A DNA stretch of 62,600 bases, filler included, from Rhabdomonas costata (GCA_019059605.1; 30 parts of 30 records of this genome joined end to end with filler, not necessarily neighbours in it); one strand, 5' to 3'; counted from the whole stretch's first letter, positions 22,950-36,611 are shown. Numbers and translations are program-made. The notes: generated by a model from the sequence alone, not told the origin.

Positions 22950-24031
22950 GTGCGTGGAGCTTTGGGGGCAGAGTAGCTGTGTGNNNNNNNNNNNNNNNNN
23001 NNNNNNNNNNNNNNNNNNNNNNNNNNNTTAATTAATTAANNNNNNNNNNNNNNNNNNNNNNNNNNNNNNNNNNNNNNNNNNNNGTTTTTGTGTGAATGGT
23101 GCGTGTGTGGGGGCTGCTGTGTTTTCTCATGTGGTGTGACGGCCTCACCTGCTGTGGCTGCACCGCAAGCGTTGCTTCCACTGGGGACCCAGAACCTGGG
23201 AGCCCTCGTTTTTGCCATTGACGTGTTCTCTGGGGGTGATGTGGTTTGCGAACGTTCAGTCCTTTTTTCTCCTCTTTTTTTCCCCAGTGTGTTTGCGTTT
23301 CCTGCGTCCGTTCTGCAGCATACAGTCACTGCGGTGGAGGTGCCGTGGCATCACCTGTTTTGAATTCATTTGCGTGCAGCCTGGGTCGATGCCTGGCACG
23401 AACTTCTCCCCAAGGGCAAGTTCCATTCCATTGTCGCAAACCGAACCCGCCCCTCTTTTCCCAAAAATGAGGACATGAGGATTTGAAACGTTTACGCCAC
23501 ACGGACCAACGGAAGTGTTTGGTTGCATCAAAAACATATTTGCCTGTGCTATTTTTGTATCTGAAACATGCGGCCCCTGTATGGACATCCTGTCAGTCAA
23601 TCGTGCAGAAGATGGGTTGGGGTCCTTCTCATTCCTAATACTAGAAGATCAGCATCCAAATCTATGTGCATCTGTGTATCTATGTTGCATTTAGATTTAA
23701 TCTGAGTAGCATGATAAGCCCTAGCAGCCTTGGATCAGCACTACACAATTCTCCGCACATCCCGGAGCCTTTCAGGTGCTCCCTCCCCTTGGTCACACAC
23801 CACGATGAGGGAAAGCCTTTCCACCCTCTTGCGTTCTACCAAAGCCACTTGCTGAACCTGGACCTTTAGGCTATACCCGAGCTATTTTTGGATTTCTTTT
23901 TTTCTTTTTTGGATCTACCATTAGAGAAGCTTGCAGCTCTCGCCCCAGAGGTGTCCTACGGAGACTTGTGGCTCGTGAGAACGGAGCAAAGGAACATCGC
24001 TGGGGCTTCTGCCTCTGTGTGTATTGAGTAG

Positions 24032-25033
24032 ATGGCTGCTCCCTCTGCTGCGCGGGTGCTTCGGGCGGCGCAGAAGGATGAGGCCTGCGTGGGTCTGGTC
24101 AGCTCCGCCCTGTCGGAGGTAGTGCAAGGACTGTTTGGGGGCTCCGTGACGCACGGGTTGCTGGAGGAGCTCTCCGCGGTGGCCTCGGGGCTGTACTACG
24201 CCTGCTCCACTGCGGCGGGGCAGCAGACACTGGGGCAGGTCGAGGGAAAGAATGCTCGCATTTGACCACGTTCTCTGTTCGTTCACCGTCGGTCGATTGA
24301 GTAAATCTCCAAACGGCTGGTTGTCTTGTGCTTGATTTTCCTCCCTTTACACATCCACACGGAAAATGAAAGAGAGAGCAAGAGACAAAGCGAGAGAATA
24401 CGCGTGTGTGAGCCTAGAACCGCTCAACAATGAAACAGCGTATCGGAAGAAATTAAGTAGGCCTGCACCAAAATTACAGCTGAGGCATGGAGGCATGGTT
24501 AGCGGGTTCGATGGAAGGAAAGGGCAAGGGAATCGGAGGGTCACAGACCTCATATTGTTATACTTTTCAAAACAACCACTTTTCCAGCATAAACGCATTC
24601 CTGTGTGATGTCTGCGAGGGTTCTGTCCTTCTCTCGTCGGTTGCAGGAGTTGGGGGATCTTCTGGAGGTCCACCGTGGGGTACCCCCCTCTGCAGTGCGG
24701 AGATCTGCACAGATCGCCCTCCTGGTCCTCCTGCCATACCTCTGGAATCGGCATGTTGTAGTGGTCCGTGAGACGGAGGGAACAGAAGGAGGGGGAGGGC
24801 TTTCATCTCCTCCTTTCGTTTCTTCTCTTCGGTTTGGTTTGCTGGTTCCAGCCTTCTGCTCCACTCTCGCATCCGATCGGTCATGAGTGGACTCTACCGT
24901 GGGTTTGGAGGCATGTGGGGGATCTTTTTGTTCTTCCCTCAGCTGGAGGCATGCCCTAGCACGGTGCGTGGTGGCCATGGCCTCTGCGCTTCTCCGGCTT
25001 TCTCCTGGCGAGAGAGCCCGCCTGGTGCCAGTG
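24032..25033 (+). CDS. PEX10: Peroxin 10, N-terminal three exons
   Basis: Exons are 24032-24238 (MAAPSAARVLRAAQKDE...LYYACSTAAGQQTLGQ), 24647-24750 (ELGDLLEV...PS..RR..LLPYL) and 24943-25033. They match the PEX10 motifs RAAQKDE, G.QTLGEEY and LPYL. Confidence 0.92.
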
Positions 25034-27287
25034 GTGAGCAGCCAGGTTTCTCCCCCACCAAACCCCCAAACACACCCACACNNNNNNNNNNNNNNNNNNN
25101 NNNNNNNNNNNNNNNNNNNNNNNNNTTAATTAATTAANNNNNNNNNNNNNNNNNNNNNNNNNNNNNNNNNNNNNNNNNNNNTTGTGGTGGTCAAAGGCAA
25201 AGACACCGGGAAGCGCATGCCAGCAAGGTGGAGAACCGCCCCGGCGATCTCCATCTCATCCCGGAATATAATTTGCAGGTGTTTTGGTGTACCCACCAGT
25301 GTTGCTGTGCTCGTAGGCCTTTCCTGTTACGAAGAAGGGCAAAAAGGCGGCTGCAGAGGCTCGTGCAGGGCTGTACCGCGGGCCCTCAATGGGGTCCATG
25401 AGCGGCAGCATGATGCTCTCGGAGCTGGGCCGCGAAACCGCCGCGGTGACGGTGTTTCTGGAGCAATTACAATAATGTGCATGTGCGGTGCACAAGAGAT
25501 GATAGTGAGCTGTTGAGTAGCCCTCACTAAATGGGCTGTGCATGGTTTTTCGCAGGATGCTGGGGGCACCGGATGGATCATTGGGGTGTACAATTTGTGT
25601 TTATGTATGTATGGCCTCGGACCTCATGCAATTTGTGTGTTGTACAGTTCGCCCGTGACATTTTGAGTGGTTTGTGTTCGTGTTTTTTGATGGGCTGGTT
25701 ATGTTGCAAACAATGGCAAAAACAGACACAACTGTCCTGTCCCTAAGTCAAAGAATAAAACAATGGCAAAACTTCCGGGAAACATCGAAAGGTCAAATGC
25801 GCGGCACCTTTACAACAATGCTACAAAAAAAAAGTCTGAACAAAAAGGGACTCTGAGTCAGATTCGTTGTACACCTCTTCCGCACCCAAAAAGAAAAGTC
25901 ATGAGAAAGCTACGGTAAATGCTGATTCGGCAGTGCCCCCACCCCCGCATCAGTTTTGTGATCTCCTCGGCATCAGACCACCCGCAGCCACCCAACGGGG
26001 ACAGAACCCGGTCATCTTGGATTGAGAAAGAGCTGATGTCGATGCTCGATTTTCCCACTGTCCTATCCTCCCATAGCTTTGCAGTCGTCATCGTACGTCT
26101 TCGTAGCCGACCCTCCTCTTCTTTGGTTGCCTTAGCTGCTGTTGTACGTGTTTTCCGTGGGGATTGAAGCATGCACGATTTTCCCTTTGGCCGCTGATTC
26201 GCTGATCCGCTTATCACTTTTGCGAATGGAGGTTTAGCTTTTCTATACTGTGCACTTCCCACATCTCACCTGGCTCCCTGAAAAGATATTGAACAGGACT
26301 CTGCAACCTCAACTGGAGTCGATGGTTTTGAATTTTTCTTTTTGTGGATGAACAACTGTGCAATGCGCCGGACTTTGAACACTGGACTTGTGAATGAGAT
26401 TTGGCATCTTCTTTGTGGTTTTGTTTCTACTGTGCAATTATGATTGCAGGGAGTCCTTCGACAGTGTCGTTTTTTTTTCCTGCGAGCCAACGCTGTGACT
26501 ACTCGCTCCTAAATCGAGCCCCCCCTCCCCACCTGAGCTAAAATTGCGCGTCTTGAACAGCAAACGCTCCAAGCTTTGTGAAGCAAATAGGGAAATAGGA
26601 TAAAGACGGTGAAGACGGTTTCGGAATGGAAATTGCATTCCGAAACTTTCCTGGCAACGCGAGGACAATTTGGTGCATTAAAGGCCAGCGGTGACGAACT
26701 GTGTGAATTATCGTAGGTCTATGTGAAATCACAATTTGCTGGTGGGGTTCGCTCGTGTCCCTAAGGAAGTGGTTGTTTCCTCGGGCGGAGTTGATCCACC
26801 TGCTGCTGTTGTGCTGCATTGCCTCCCCTGCACCATCGCACACCGGGGCCCGGCACCCGTGTCGACGTACTTTCTTACCAGCCCGGGTTGAGAGCCTGTT
26901 CTTTTGTGTTGTGGAATCCCCTTCTGTGTTTCTGCCTTGCTGAAACGTGTGCGGTAATCAACGTTAACTGGAGAAGAGCGGGAATTTTCCAGAAATCGAA
27001 GATGAGGGCTTGTTGTGCTTTTTTTTACGTTGCTTTTTGTTGAGGGGGCATTGATTGTTTAATTGGTAGCAACGCTCATCTCCAGCGTTCCTACCTCACC
27101 TCTTTCAGCAAAGCTGGTTTATATCTTCAGAAACCGTTTAGCGCTTGTTGTGCGCTGCTGCTGGTTGAACCCACACCCNNNNNNNNNNNNNNNNNNNNNN
27201 NNNNNNNNNNNNNNNNNNNNNNTTAATTAATTAANNNNNNNNNNNNNNNNNNNNNNNNNNNNNNNNNNNNNNNNNNNNTGTGTTGTT

Positions 27288-27378
27288 GACCAGAGAAACC
27301 TCTTCTGGGCATCTGGAGCAGGAGAGGGTTCTTTCGCGGACCTCCTGCTCCAGATGCCCAGAAGAGGTTTCTCTGGTC
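27288..27378. repeat. Perfect inverted repeat, 37-bp arms, at fragment start
   Basis: 27288-27324 is the exact reverse complement of 27342-27378. Confidence 0.95.
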
Positions 27379-27705
27379 GACATCGGCAACGAACGAACCC
27401 CAAAAACCGCAGAACAGGAAAAGCAGTTTTCTGCAAAGGGCGGGATCATCAAGAGAAAGCTCAGGAAATGCAGCCCCCAGGGGTTATTGAGTCTACCCTT
27501 CGAGGCCTTCTTTTCCTGACCCTCTTCGCGATTGGGGAGTCCACTCCATTTCAGGTGAATGAACCTGATGGTCTTCTTCACTACTTTGCCAAAACTCCTG
27601 CCACCCTTCCAGGCTACCATTTCTGTCTCTCTCTCTTCCCAGATACTTTTGCGCTCTATTCCCATTTGTTCACTTCCCTCCTTTTTCTGCCATGCGTGCT
27701 GCCTA

Positions 27706-27773
27706 TGTTCGCGAAGCAGTGATGGTGCCCCTGAAATCAGCACTTCAGGGGCACCATCACTGCTTCGCGAACA
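27706..27773. repeat. Perfect inverted repeat, 30-bp arms with an 8-nt loop (internal)
   Basis: TGTTCGCGAAGCAGTGATGGTGCCCCTGAA-atcagcac-TTCAGGGGCACCATCACTGCTTCGCGAACA. Confidence 0.95.
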
Positions 27774-29187
27774 GAGCTGGAGGAATACGCTAAAAAAAAC
27801 TAGCCGAGAATACCACCAATTCCCAGTACCAGGCTGTTACTTAGACTTTAATCCCTCCTTTCGCCGCAATGTGAAATTAATTCCCAAAGGAATGAAATCG
27901 CAACCAGCTCTGTTGCAGACATGCGAACGACACGTATATCTCGAAGGTGTTCGTGTTCTCATGACACTGTATTTCACAATGCGGCATTGACGACATCACT
28001 CTCCTTTGCTCGTCAGCCCACTGGAAGAACGGAGGAGGGCTCTGCAGGTCGTCCACGGGTGCCCATAAGACCACAGCTCCTGTCTACCACACGGACACAA
28101 AGCTGGAGTACCAGTAGCAAACTTCTCGCCGCACGGGGTTCACAGAAAGATAGCAGAAGTTGTGGTTCGGAACATCCCTGCGACAATGGAATGAGAGCTC
28201 ACACTATCATATGGGGCACAAAGGATCGGATCAGTTATTTAAAAATGATGAAATCGAAAGTGCGGTGCCCATTGGGTCGTAACCATCTAATGAGACTTTC
28301 TTTTAATGCTACGTGCTGCACGTAGGGGAATGCTGCACTCCTGGACCTCTCCTGGTACTCCCGACTTAACAAGGCTTTGACTCGTACAATTTCGTTGAAC
28401 CCTAAACCAGGAACCCTGTTCCGGGAGGACCGGGATTAGGGTGTCCGGGTTTTGAGTGCCGGGCGATGAGGCAGTGTGAGCACTATATGCTTACATCCTC
28501 CAGCACCCTAACTGCAAGTGCAGTGCTGTGGCGTGCCGGAGCCATGGCTGGCAGGTACGACAGCAGAAGGGCTGTAGGCTGACGGCTCCGGAGAAGAAGG
28601 GCTCCAGACGTGAGGCGTGGTTATGCTGTTGGCGGGTGAGTAGGCTTATGGCCTCTCCTTTCTCACTCCTGTGGGCTGGGCGATTGTTAGTGGCTGCAGT
28701 GGATGCAGTGGCGGGCAGGTTGGCATCACCACCACCAAAACAATACGTGGGTATGGGGGCAGCGTCGGCATAGCCGTCACCTGCCGTCAGTTTGCTTCGG
28801 CTTCTCCCTATTCCCCAAAGAGCCCATCCTACCCTGCGTCTCCAAAAGCCCATTCGAGAATCAACGAAGCTGCCAACCCAGCTAAAATACCGTCCAAACA
28901 GGGGGATGTTGGCCTCCAAGTCGGTCACCTGGTAGACCAGGGAGCACGTCTCGATCTCGTCGGTGCAGGGGTTCTTCTGGACCCTATCACAAGATCCATC
29001 CGGCGAACCAAGGCAGGGGATGGAATAGATAGGCTTTTGAAAGATTGAGACCGAAGCAGCCCGGGGTATATTTGGAAAACACATCACGCCCCAAAAATTT
29101 GCAGCCTTTCATCCCTCGGCGTATGTGTATCTCTCGGTGACTGCTCTTTGTTTTGCGCTAGTGACATCGCCGCAGCGGAGGGTTTCT

Positions 29188-29270
29188 GGGGTCTCCCACC
29201 AGCCCTTTGCACTCCTTTAAAAAAGTCGGAGCCCAATTTAATGGAGTGCAAAGGGCTGTTGGGAGACCCC
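29188..29270. repeat. Inverted repeat, 34-bp arms, at fragment end
   Basis: 29188-29221 versus 29237-29270, with 2 mismatches. Confidence 0.9.
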
Positions 29271-29576
29271 CAAACCNNNNNNNNNNNNNNNNNNNNNNNN
29301 NNNNNNNNNNNNNNNNNNNNTTAATTAATTAANNNNNNNNNNNNNNNNNNNNNNNNNNNNNNNNNNNNNNNNNNNNCGGTATCGGCGGCCAACGTTCCAT
29401 ACCTTTCCTGCGCTATAGAGCTCCCCCTACAGTGGCCCCTCCCAATTGGCCATTGGGAAGCGCCTGCACGGTGGGGACGAAGCGGAAGCACGCCAGAGTG
29501 TGTATATACTGTGTGGGCGGGAATGGGCGTGCAGTGTGACAGTGCGTCTGTCTGTGGGTTGGGCGGGTGGGGTGGC

Positions 29577-31225
29577 TTACAGGTGCTGGCCAAGCCCCCA
29601 GCAGTCCCGCACCCATGTCGGGGCGTACCACGCGAAAAGGGCGACCAGCTTGGCCGTGTATCCGCAGCGGTACCGCGTGGCTGGGCACCGGGACAGCACT
29701 GCGTGCTCTAGGTCGTCCAGCACCACACACGGGTCATCCGCAACCTCCTCGAGCAGAGCAAACCTGTTCCAATCGCATACAGCCCGAAGGGCACCGATGG
29801 CAAAAGTATATGAACGCAGTGGAAAAAGCAGTGAAGTGCAGTGAGCAGACGAGGAAAGCGAATGAAGTGTACCGCGCCCTGGCCCTCGCGGGCCAGTCCT
29901 CGGGGAACTCCTTCCGGATCTCCTCTGGCGCCGCCTCGTACAGGCGCAGCATCGCCCGGTTGCACTCCTCCACCATTGGGGTGCGAGTGAAGAACGGCTG
30001 CACCACGCAAACCTTTGCACCCCCGGCAGGCACATAAACGCACACAGCCACAAAGCGATGGGGGAAATCCAGCGCAGGCGTAGATGCAGGCCGATGCACG
30101 CGCCTGACTTTTGTGTTTTAAAAAAATACCCGCAGCTGGTACCCGACTCCTGCCGTTAACGTCTCAAAGCCAACCATCCTTTTAAAACCCATGTGGGTAC
30201 CTCACTGCCCCTTTCTTGATGCCCCCCTACCAACCTAACTTATGCACTGGGAACAGCACACCTTAATCCCGTAGTGCCGAAGCTCAAGGCGGAGCACATC
30301 AGACAAGGCCTGAATGAGCACACAGAACCAATTCATAAGCCAAAGCCATCAACATCCTCAAAACCGCGCATCCAATCAAGCTATATCGGCAAGAAAAAGG
30401 CATCGGCAAGAAAAAGCCAGGCAATTTTTCTGAGCTGTTAAAAAGAAATTCCGTTTAAAAGAAACATCCGGAATCTCATATTCCCATAAAAGGAAGAAAA
30501 GGAAGGCTGCAGCACAAAGAGTTCTTTTCATGAGCCCTGCACAATAGCAGCCACAACCGCGATGACAAAGGCGATGCAAAAAAAAATGCTAACCAACTCA
30601 GCTCATCGGACCTGGTGAGGAATTGCATGACAGCACAAGAAAGCTGCGCAAGAAAACCTCCACAGCGAATTTGCTCGATGAGTAAGCCGTCAGCGGGGGA
30701 TAAGCAATGACACCACCCAAGCTGCTGACGTTGATTACTCGGCCCTTTGCCTTCTTCAGCAGAGGCAGGAACTCCTGAGACAGCATGACAAGAACAACAC
30801 ATTGCCAAGCATCCAAGCAGGCACACATGTTCAGCTCCTCATTTGGAGATGATACCTAGTGGTGACTCAAGGATTTCGCTTCAATCAGGGCGGTGAAGCA
30901 AGCTTCACACTGCTTTCGAAAAATTTTACACAGGTCCGTCAGGACGGCAGCCTAAAAGAAAACAAGTAAACTGTAAAATGGCACCCACCTTGATCACACG
31001 AACGGTGCCCATGTAGTTGACGTCCATGGTACGCTGGAAGAGCTCCATGGGAGTAAGCTCAAAGTTGAACTCTCCGAAGACCCGCGTTGTTCACCACAGC
31101 CCAAACCCCGTTGGGCGCCACCGCCGCCACGGCCTTCGCGGCCTGCTTCACAGACTCCGCCTTGGTGACGTCGCAGGTCAGGCACCGCAGCCGCTCCGAG
31201 CCCTCCTTCTGCAGGCTGGCACAGC
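29577..31225 (-). CDS. Short-chain dehydrogenase/reductase (RDH/BDH1/HSD17B2-like), five 3' exons
   Basis: Exons are 31225-30989 (CDVT...WAVVNNAG...MDVNYMGTVRV; 2-nt shift in the G run at ~31082), 30774-30658 (FLPLLKKAKGRVINVSS...AYSSSKFAVE, YxxxK), 30309-30262 (ALSDVLRLEL), 30012-29873 and 29763-29577 (HAVLSRCPATRY..*). Confidence 0.92.
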
Positions 31226-32133
31226 CTGTGAGGTGAGAAGGGGAGGAGAACTAGTGGCGATAGTGATGCCACTTTCCCCGTACCGTTCTTTGCTATCGAA
31301 GAATTGAGAACCAGCAAAGGGACTGGCAGGAACAAGGGTGAGTTCGGTGGGCGATTGCACAGATCACACAACCCCNNNNNNNNNNNNNNNNNNNNNNNNN
31401 NNNNNNNNNNNNNNNNNNNTTAATTAATTAANNNNNNNNNNNNNNNNNNNNNNNNNNNNNNNNNNNNNNNNNNNNGTGGTGTGGTCTGCATGCTTCGCAA
31501 CCCTCAGTGGCCGCACCTCTTCCCGCCACCGCTCTTTCTTACGCATCCTCCAACGCATCTGGCGTAGTATCACCAGTGTCACCTCTGTCTTGCCCTCGCT
31601 ATTGTTGGACAACGCAGCAGATGCGGCCTCTCGCATACACATCTTTCCTCCTGATCAGATTCTTCCCCGTTCATCAAATCTCACTGCTCTCACCCGTCCC
31701 TTCAAAATCTGCAACGTCGCTTTTGGCACAGAGCAAACTCCCCTCCTGAAGTCCTTTCGTGAGGTGTCGTTTCCCGTGTTGTCATGCAAGAGCAAGCTTT
31801 TGTGGTTCTTTCTCTTGCCCAGTTGGGAAACGGAAGTTTCGGAAGGAAACTGACGTTTCCCACAAATATTCTTGTTGGTGTCAACACAGACTTCTTTTTC
31901 TTACAAACCATTTCTTTCCTACCTTTTTGTCACTGCTCTGACACTGCAGCACCTATGCCACTCTTCACGTGACCAGTGACCCAGTGACCATTGATATAAC
32001 CAACCAGGTATTAACCGTAGCCCCATTTCAGACGACAAGTTCAGAGCACATGCGAATTTCCACAAAAATGTGCCGCAAACAACTTCCAAACCGGTGACGA
32101 AGTGATGGTGCAGTGAAAAGAAAAAACAGAAAC

Positions 32134-32752
32134 CCGTTCGTCTATGCGCTCCTTCTCATCGATCACGTACTGAAACCGGGAGTCCGTGATGCCAAGAAGC
32201 CATGCAAGCTTTTCACCAAGGGCATCCGCAGCTGCATCCCAAAAGCCCCAAAGAAAAAAGGCGAAAAAAAAAAGGCAGGGGAGCTGGTATTTAGCTGTCG
32301 CTCCCGGCACGTCATTCGCGAAAGGGAAATCATACCAGTGCAGCAGCTAAGGTTAGCACGATTATAGAACACAAAAGCACACAGGGACTGTGGAGATTGG
32401 AAAAAGAGGGGAATAGAAGCTTTTGTTTGCCACGACGGCAACAACAGAGAGGGCTGGGACGTTGGAAACGGAGGCCGGTTAGACACTGCTTCCTGGTGCA
32501 CACCAAAAACACAGACATACTCAGGAAGGCTCTGTACAATCCAGCATACAGCAGACTGCAAAAACGCTTCGTGGTAGTTTCTGGGGCACCTTCGGGCTGC
32601 AAGCAAAACAACGAAAAAGGGAGCGTGACACAACCAGCACTTTGAAAAGTGGTTTGAGCTCATGTCTCACGGCACCCACCAAAACTGAAAACAAACAACA
32701 ACATGAGCACCGCTTCAACTGCGACCCTTTCTTGAGTTGCTGGCTCTGTCAT
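32134..32752 (-). CDS. FAM177-family protein, three 5' exons
   Basis: Exons are 32752-32711 (MTEPATQERVAVEA), 32596-32521 and 32231-32134 (ADALGEKLAWLLGITDSRFQYVIDEKER). The last matches the FAM177 motif D.LGEK.A..LGI..PKYQY.IDEY.R. Confidence 0.75.
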
Positions 32753-33658
32753 TTGCAAGGTAAAATGAAAAGTGCTGCTGCTGCAGAGAGAGAAAGCGTG
32801 TGAGACAGCTCCCACCAGTTTGCACGCAGACCAACAGTATAATTTAGGGGAAAGATCCAAGCCTGCAGTGTACTCTGGAGGATTGGGGTCTGTGAATCAG
32901 GATTATAAATGTTCCGAGACATGGGCACTGAAAGTCAAGATTCCTCAAACTTCTGGGTACGTTTGGCTATGTAAACTTTAAAATGTGTTGGAGTAAGACA
33001 CGGTAAGCGCATGGCTGAGGGGGACGTGTGCAAGAAGACACAGTGAAGATGTGTCACACGAAACAGTTGCGGCTCACCCCAAACGAAGGAAAAATGAAAT
33101 CCGAGGCAAAAAAAAAGTGCGGCAATCCGCATACATGGATAGATCTTCAACCTTTTGTTCTGTAAAAGGCAAAGTGAAACACCTAGGACGTCCAGAGGAA
33201 ATGGAAAAAACTGTATATTATTTTAAAATTTTAATTAGCTTTTTCTTTAAATAAACTTTTCAGTTCATGTGCTGGAGAACTCATTCAAAACACAAGTACT
33301 ACTGGGAACAATTGTAAGAAACTTTTCGTGACGTCACTGTTTGTATGCGCCACTTGCAATGAAGAACGAAGCCAAAGGGTGTGTCTTGCGTTTTGCTTGG
33401 CCTGCCTGTACAAATGGGTACCAGTGTCCATCTTCTTATCCGGCACGATGCCCCCACATAAACGTGTCCCGTNNNNNNNNNNNNNNNNNNNNNNNNNNNN
33501 NNNNNNNNNNNNNNNNTTAATTAATTAANNNNNNNNNNNNNNNNNNNNNNNNNNNNNNNNNNNNNNNNNNNNTTTGTGTTGTTAAAAATGCAAATTAGTT
33601 AAGCACCGCGTTGCATGTGCGCTTTTATCCCTTCGGTTGTCCGCGTGGGCGGTTCCAG

Positions 33659-35041
33659 GTGCTGTCTTCATAATCGTTTGGGCAGCCAGTGGATGGATGA
33701 CCTGCAACGGTTGTGACATGAAGAAGGTGTCCGATGGTTGGTTATTTGCCACCTTCGTCTCGGCAATGGTGTTTCCCTTATTTGAAATCTTGGCGTGGTG
33801 GTTGCTCTCGCTTGCGATTCCCATTCGACCTTTCCACGAGAAGAGCGCTCTGGTGAAGCTGTGCATTGCCGTCCTGGGCACGCTGACAGCGTATGGCGTG
33901 TTGTCGTCGATTTGGGAGGATGACAGTGATGACGCGGTCTATGTTCGGGCGTTCCTGTTCGCTCCAATGGACCTGACAAGCTTTGGCTTGTTGATGTGGC
34001 TGATGGCCCTTCGCCGGCAGTTCGCTCGGTTTCCGGATCTGGTGCTTCTGCGCGTTTTCCACCCCTTGCCCCACTCTTTTGAGCTTGAGTGAAAGTTTTC
34101 ATGCTCTTGCTTTGTGTTGAACTCGATTGGTTTATATTTCTTGATCTGAACTCTTTGATTCGCTGGAATAGAGGCCTATCCATGCTGGGCACGAAGTTAT
34201 GGGGTGTTGAAGGGTTGTGGTAGGTCGTGGGTTTTGCAGGGGTGTTTTGGGTTTAGTTGGTAAAGCATTGGATGCATAGACGAACCTATATGAGACTTAG
34301 CATCAGTTTTTCTGAAGTCACGCTTTAGGCATCAGCAGTCACATGCGCGTGAAAATACTAAGGTTTGGGTTGAGTTGGTCAAGCGGTGTGCCTGGACATT
34401 CCTGGACCTACTGGTCGGAATCGTGTTTTTGTGCTGCGGCTGTGGTAAGCGGCTTGGATCATCACCAGGTTAAGCCCAAGTGACGCAAGTATGGCTAAGG
34501 TGTATTTCCTGCAAATGCAAATGGTATGTAAGCTTTGTAGCAGAAAGGGCAGCTTTGTGCCGGTGCCCTCGCAGGTTTCCACCTCCTCGCCATTTTTTGT
34601 GCCCACGGGTTTTTCTGTCGTGCTTTGGGCTGCTTCCAGATTACGCCGCTGGTGGGCATTTTTGCACGCTGTGGGGTGTTCTACATTGCCCTAAATGAGC
34701 TGTACTACACGACGCTGTACACCTTCGCTGTGCGCACCCCTGGGGTGCTGTTCATCGTGACCACCCTCCTGCTGATGTACGCCATGGTGTACTGGGTCCT
34801 CATACAGCCCCTGAGTCGTAGCAGGGAGGCAGCCTCTGCTGTGGCTGCCGCTGCGACCACAGTGACAGCCTCTGGTTTGGAACAACCTCGCCCATCTGCT
34901 GCTTGCGCCGGGCGGGACAGGCCCAGTGAGACGCAGACCACGGAAGCAGAGCTTGTTCGGGTGCCTGTCTGTGATACGGTGATGCCAAAGAGAGCTGGCT
35001 ATGGCATGATGGCATCCCCATCGCCGTCAGCGATGCAGTAA
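33659..35041 (+). CDS. Multi-pass membrane protein, last two exons
   Basis: Exons 33659-34041 and 34640-35041 (stop) form a phase-0 join and contain several hydrophobic helices. Family not recognised. Confidence 0.65.
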
Positions 35042-35303
35042 TCTTTCAGATGGAAAACCTCAGAGCAGATTCCTGCGCTGCGACGTAGCTGCTCAAGCCC
35101 TGCGCCCGCCCGCCCCGCCACCCGCGATGGCTTTTACTTGGTTTTTGTGGTGGGCCCAATAGCGCCGCATCGCTTCGGCCCACCTGTGCAGTGCTCGCTG
35201 CACTGCTGCGCGTGAGATGTATGAGTACGAACTGCTTGAGAGGCCGAGCACAGTGTCGGCTTAGAATTAGGGGGTCTTGCTGGGTGTTTACTGCTTCAGT
35301 TGA

Positions 35304-35493
35304 AGTCCAACGAGTTATTTTTACTTCACTTCATCTCCCTTGGGTTTAACGATATGCTGTCTCTCATCTGGCTATCTGGCTATCTGGCTTTTTTTTTTAG
35401 TCCAAAGAGTTATTTTTACTTCACTTCATCTCCCTTGGGTTTAACGATATGCTGTCTCTTCATCTGGCTATCTGGCTATCTGGCTTTTTTTTT
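35304..35493. repeat. 95-bp tandem duplication
   Basis: The unit AGTCCAA.GAGTTATTTTTACTTCAC...ATCTGGCT x3..poly-T starts at 35304 and 35399. Confidence 0.9.
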
Positions 35494-36611
35494 CGATCCA
35501 TTCACTTTGCACGGTTGCCCGATGTACCGATTTTATGTTGGAAATGAACCTCCTTCCTTGCTCTAAAAAGNNNNNNNNNNNNNNNNNNNNNNNNNNNNNN
35601 NNNNNNNNNNNNNNTTAATTAATTAANNNNNNNNNNNNNNNNNNNNNNNNNNNNNNNNNNNNNNNNNNNNGGTTGTTTTGCGTCCTCTTCGCACCTTGCT
35701 GGTGAGATCCTTTCAGGGGCGGCTTGTGTCTTTTGTGGTTTTTCTGCAACGGAAGAAATGTTCCATTTCTCATGGTTGAGCTCCTCGGTTTAGGGAAAGT
35801 AATATCGAGGGAAGCAGCTTGCACTGGTGGACCCATTTGCTGTTCGGTTTAAGTGGGGTCTGGGGATGGCTTTCTTCTTTGCGGTCATAGTATTCCCACT
35901 TGCTGAGGCATCAGCCGCGCTCATGCAGCCTGTGGACTCCACCGCGGAGATTCCCTCGGGTTTGCCACTCTCTGTTTCTCTCGCACTCCTCCTTTTCCTC
36001 TTCTTTTCCTGTTGCGTGTGTGCGCTGCTCTCGCATGCCTTCCGCTCCCCTCACACATTTTCGGGCATTTCTTCGTGCCAAAAGAGAAGGGGACCGGGGA
36101 CGGGGGGGGGGGCTCGTTTATTGTGCAACCTGCCCAATTGTGAAAGGCCCGCCCGGACAACTGTGGTTTACACATATCGCCATGGATACGTTTATTTCAC
36201 CTTCCCAGAAAATGGTCAGTGGTTGTCACTTGCCAAGGTTACAATAGCCGTGGCTTTACAGGGAAGCTCATAAGGAAGGCATAAAACCCAGTTCAAATAC
36301 CTCATTTTACCTTGCTGCGCTTCAACCCTGTTTTTTTGGCGCACATGGACCTTGGGGTCGACAAAGCATTTATTTATTATACTAATTACCACATGGGTGA
36401 TTACAACCCGTAGGACTACTTTTTCTCCCAAAAATCTCTGTCAAAAACCCCCGTGCATCCGAAAGTTGGTGAAATCTCCGTGTCCATTTCGGCCCAGAGG
36501 CCGAGAACTGATCTGTCAAATCCCGCAGGATTTTTCTGGTCGCTTTCGTGTTCTGTTCCAATTTGAGCTTCATGGTCTTGCTAAGCAGTCGCGATTTTTT
36601 TCGTTTTGGCA

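Noticed and set aside
25256-26280. Possible minus-strand exons on fragment 13
   Set aside because: I could not establish a phase-consistent exon chain or any homology.
31078-31090. Programmed frameshifts or pseudogenes in the SDR, TPR (~20690), repeat protein (~39170) and presequence exon (~42490)
   Set aside because: All four shifts fall in homopolymer or simple-repeat runs of otherwise intact genes. Sequencing or amplification indels are the simpler explanation.
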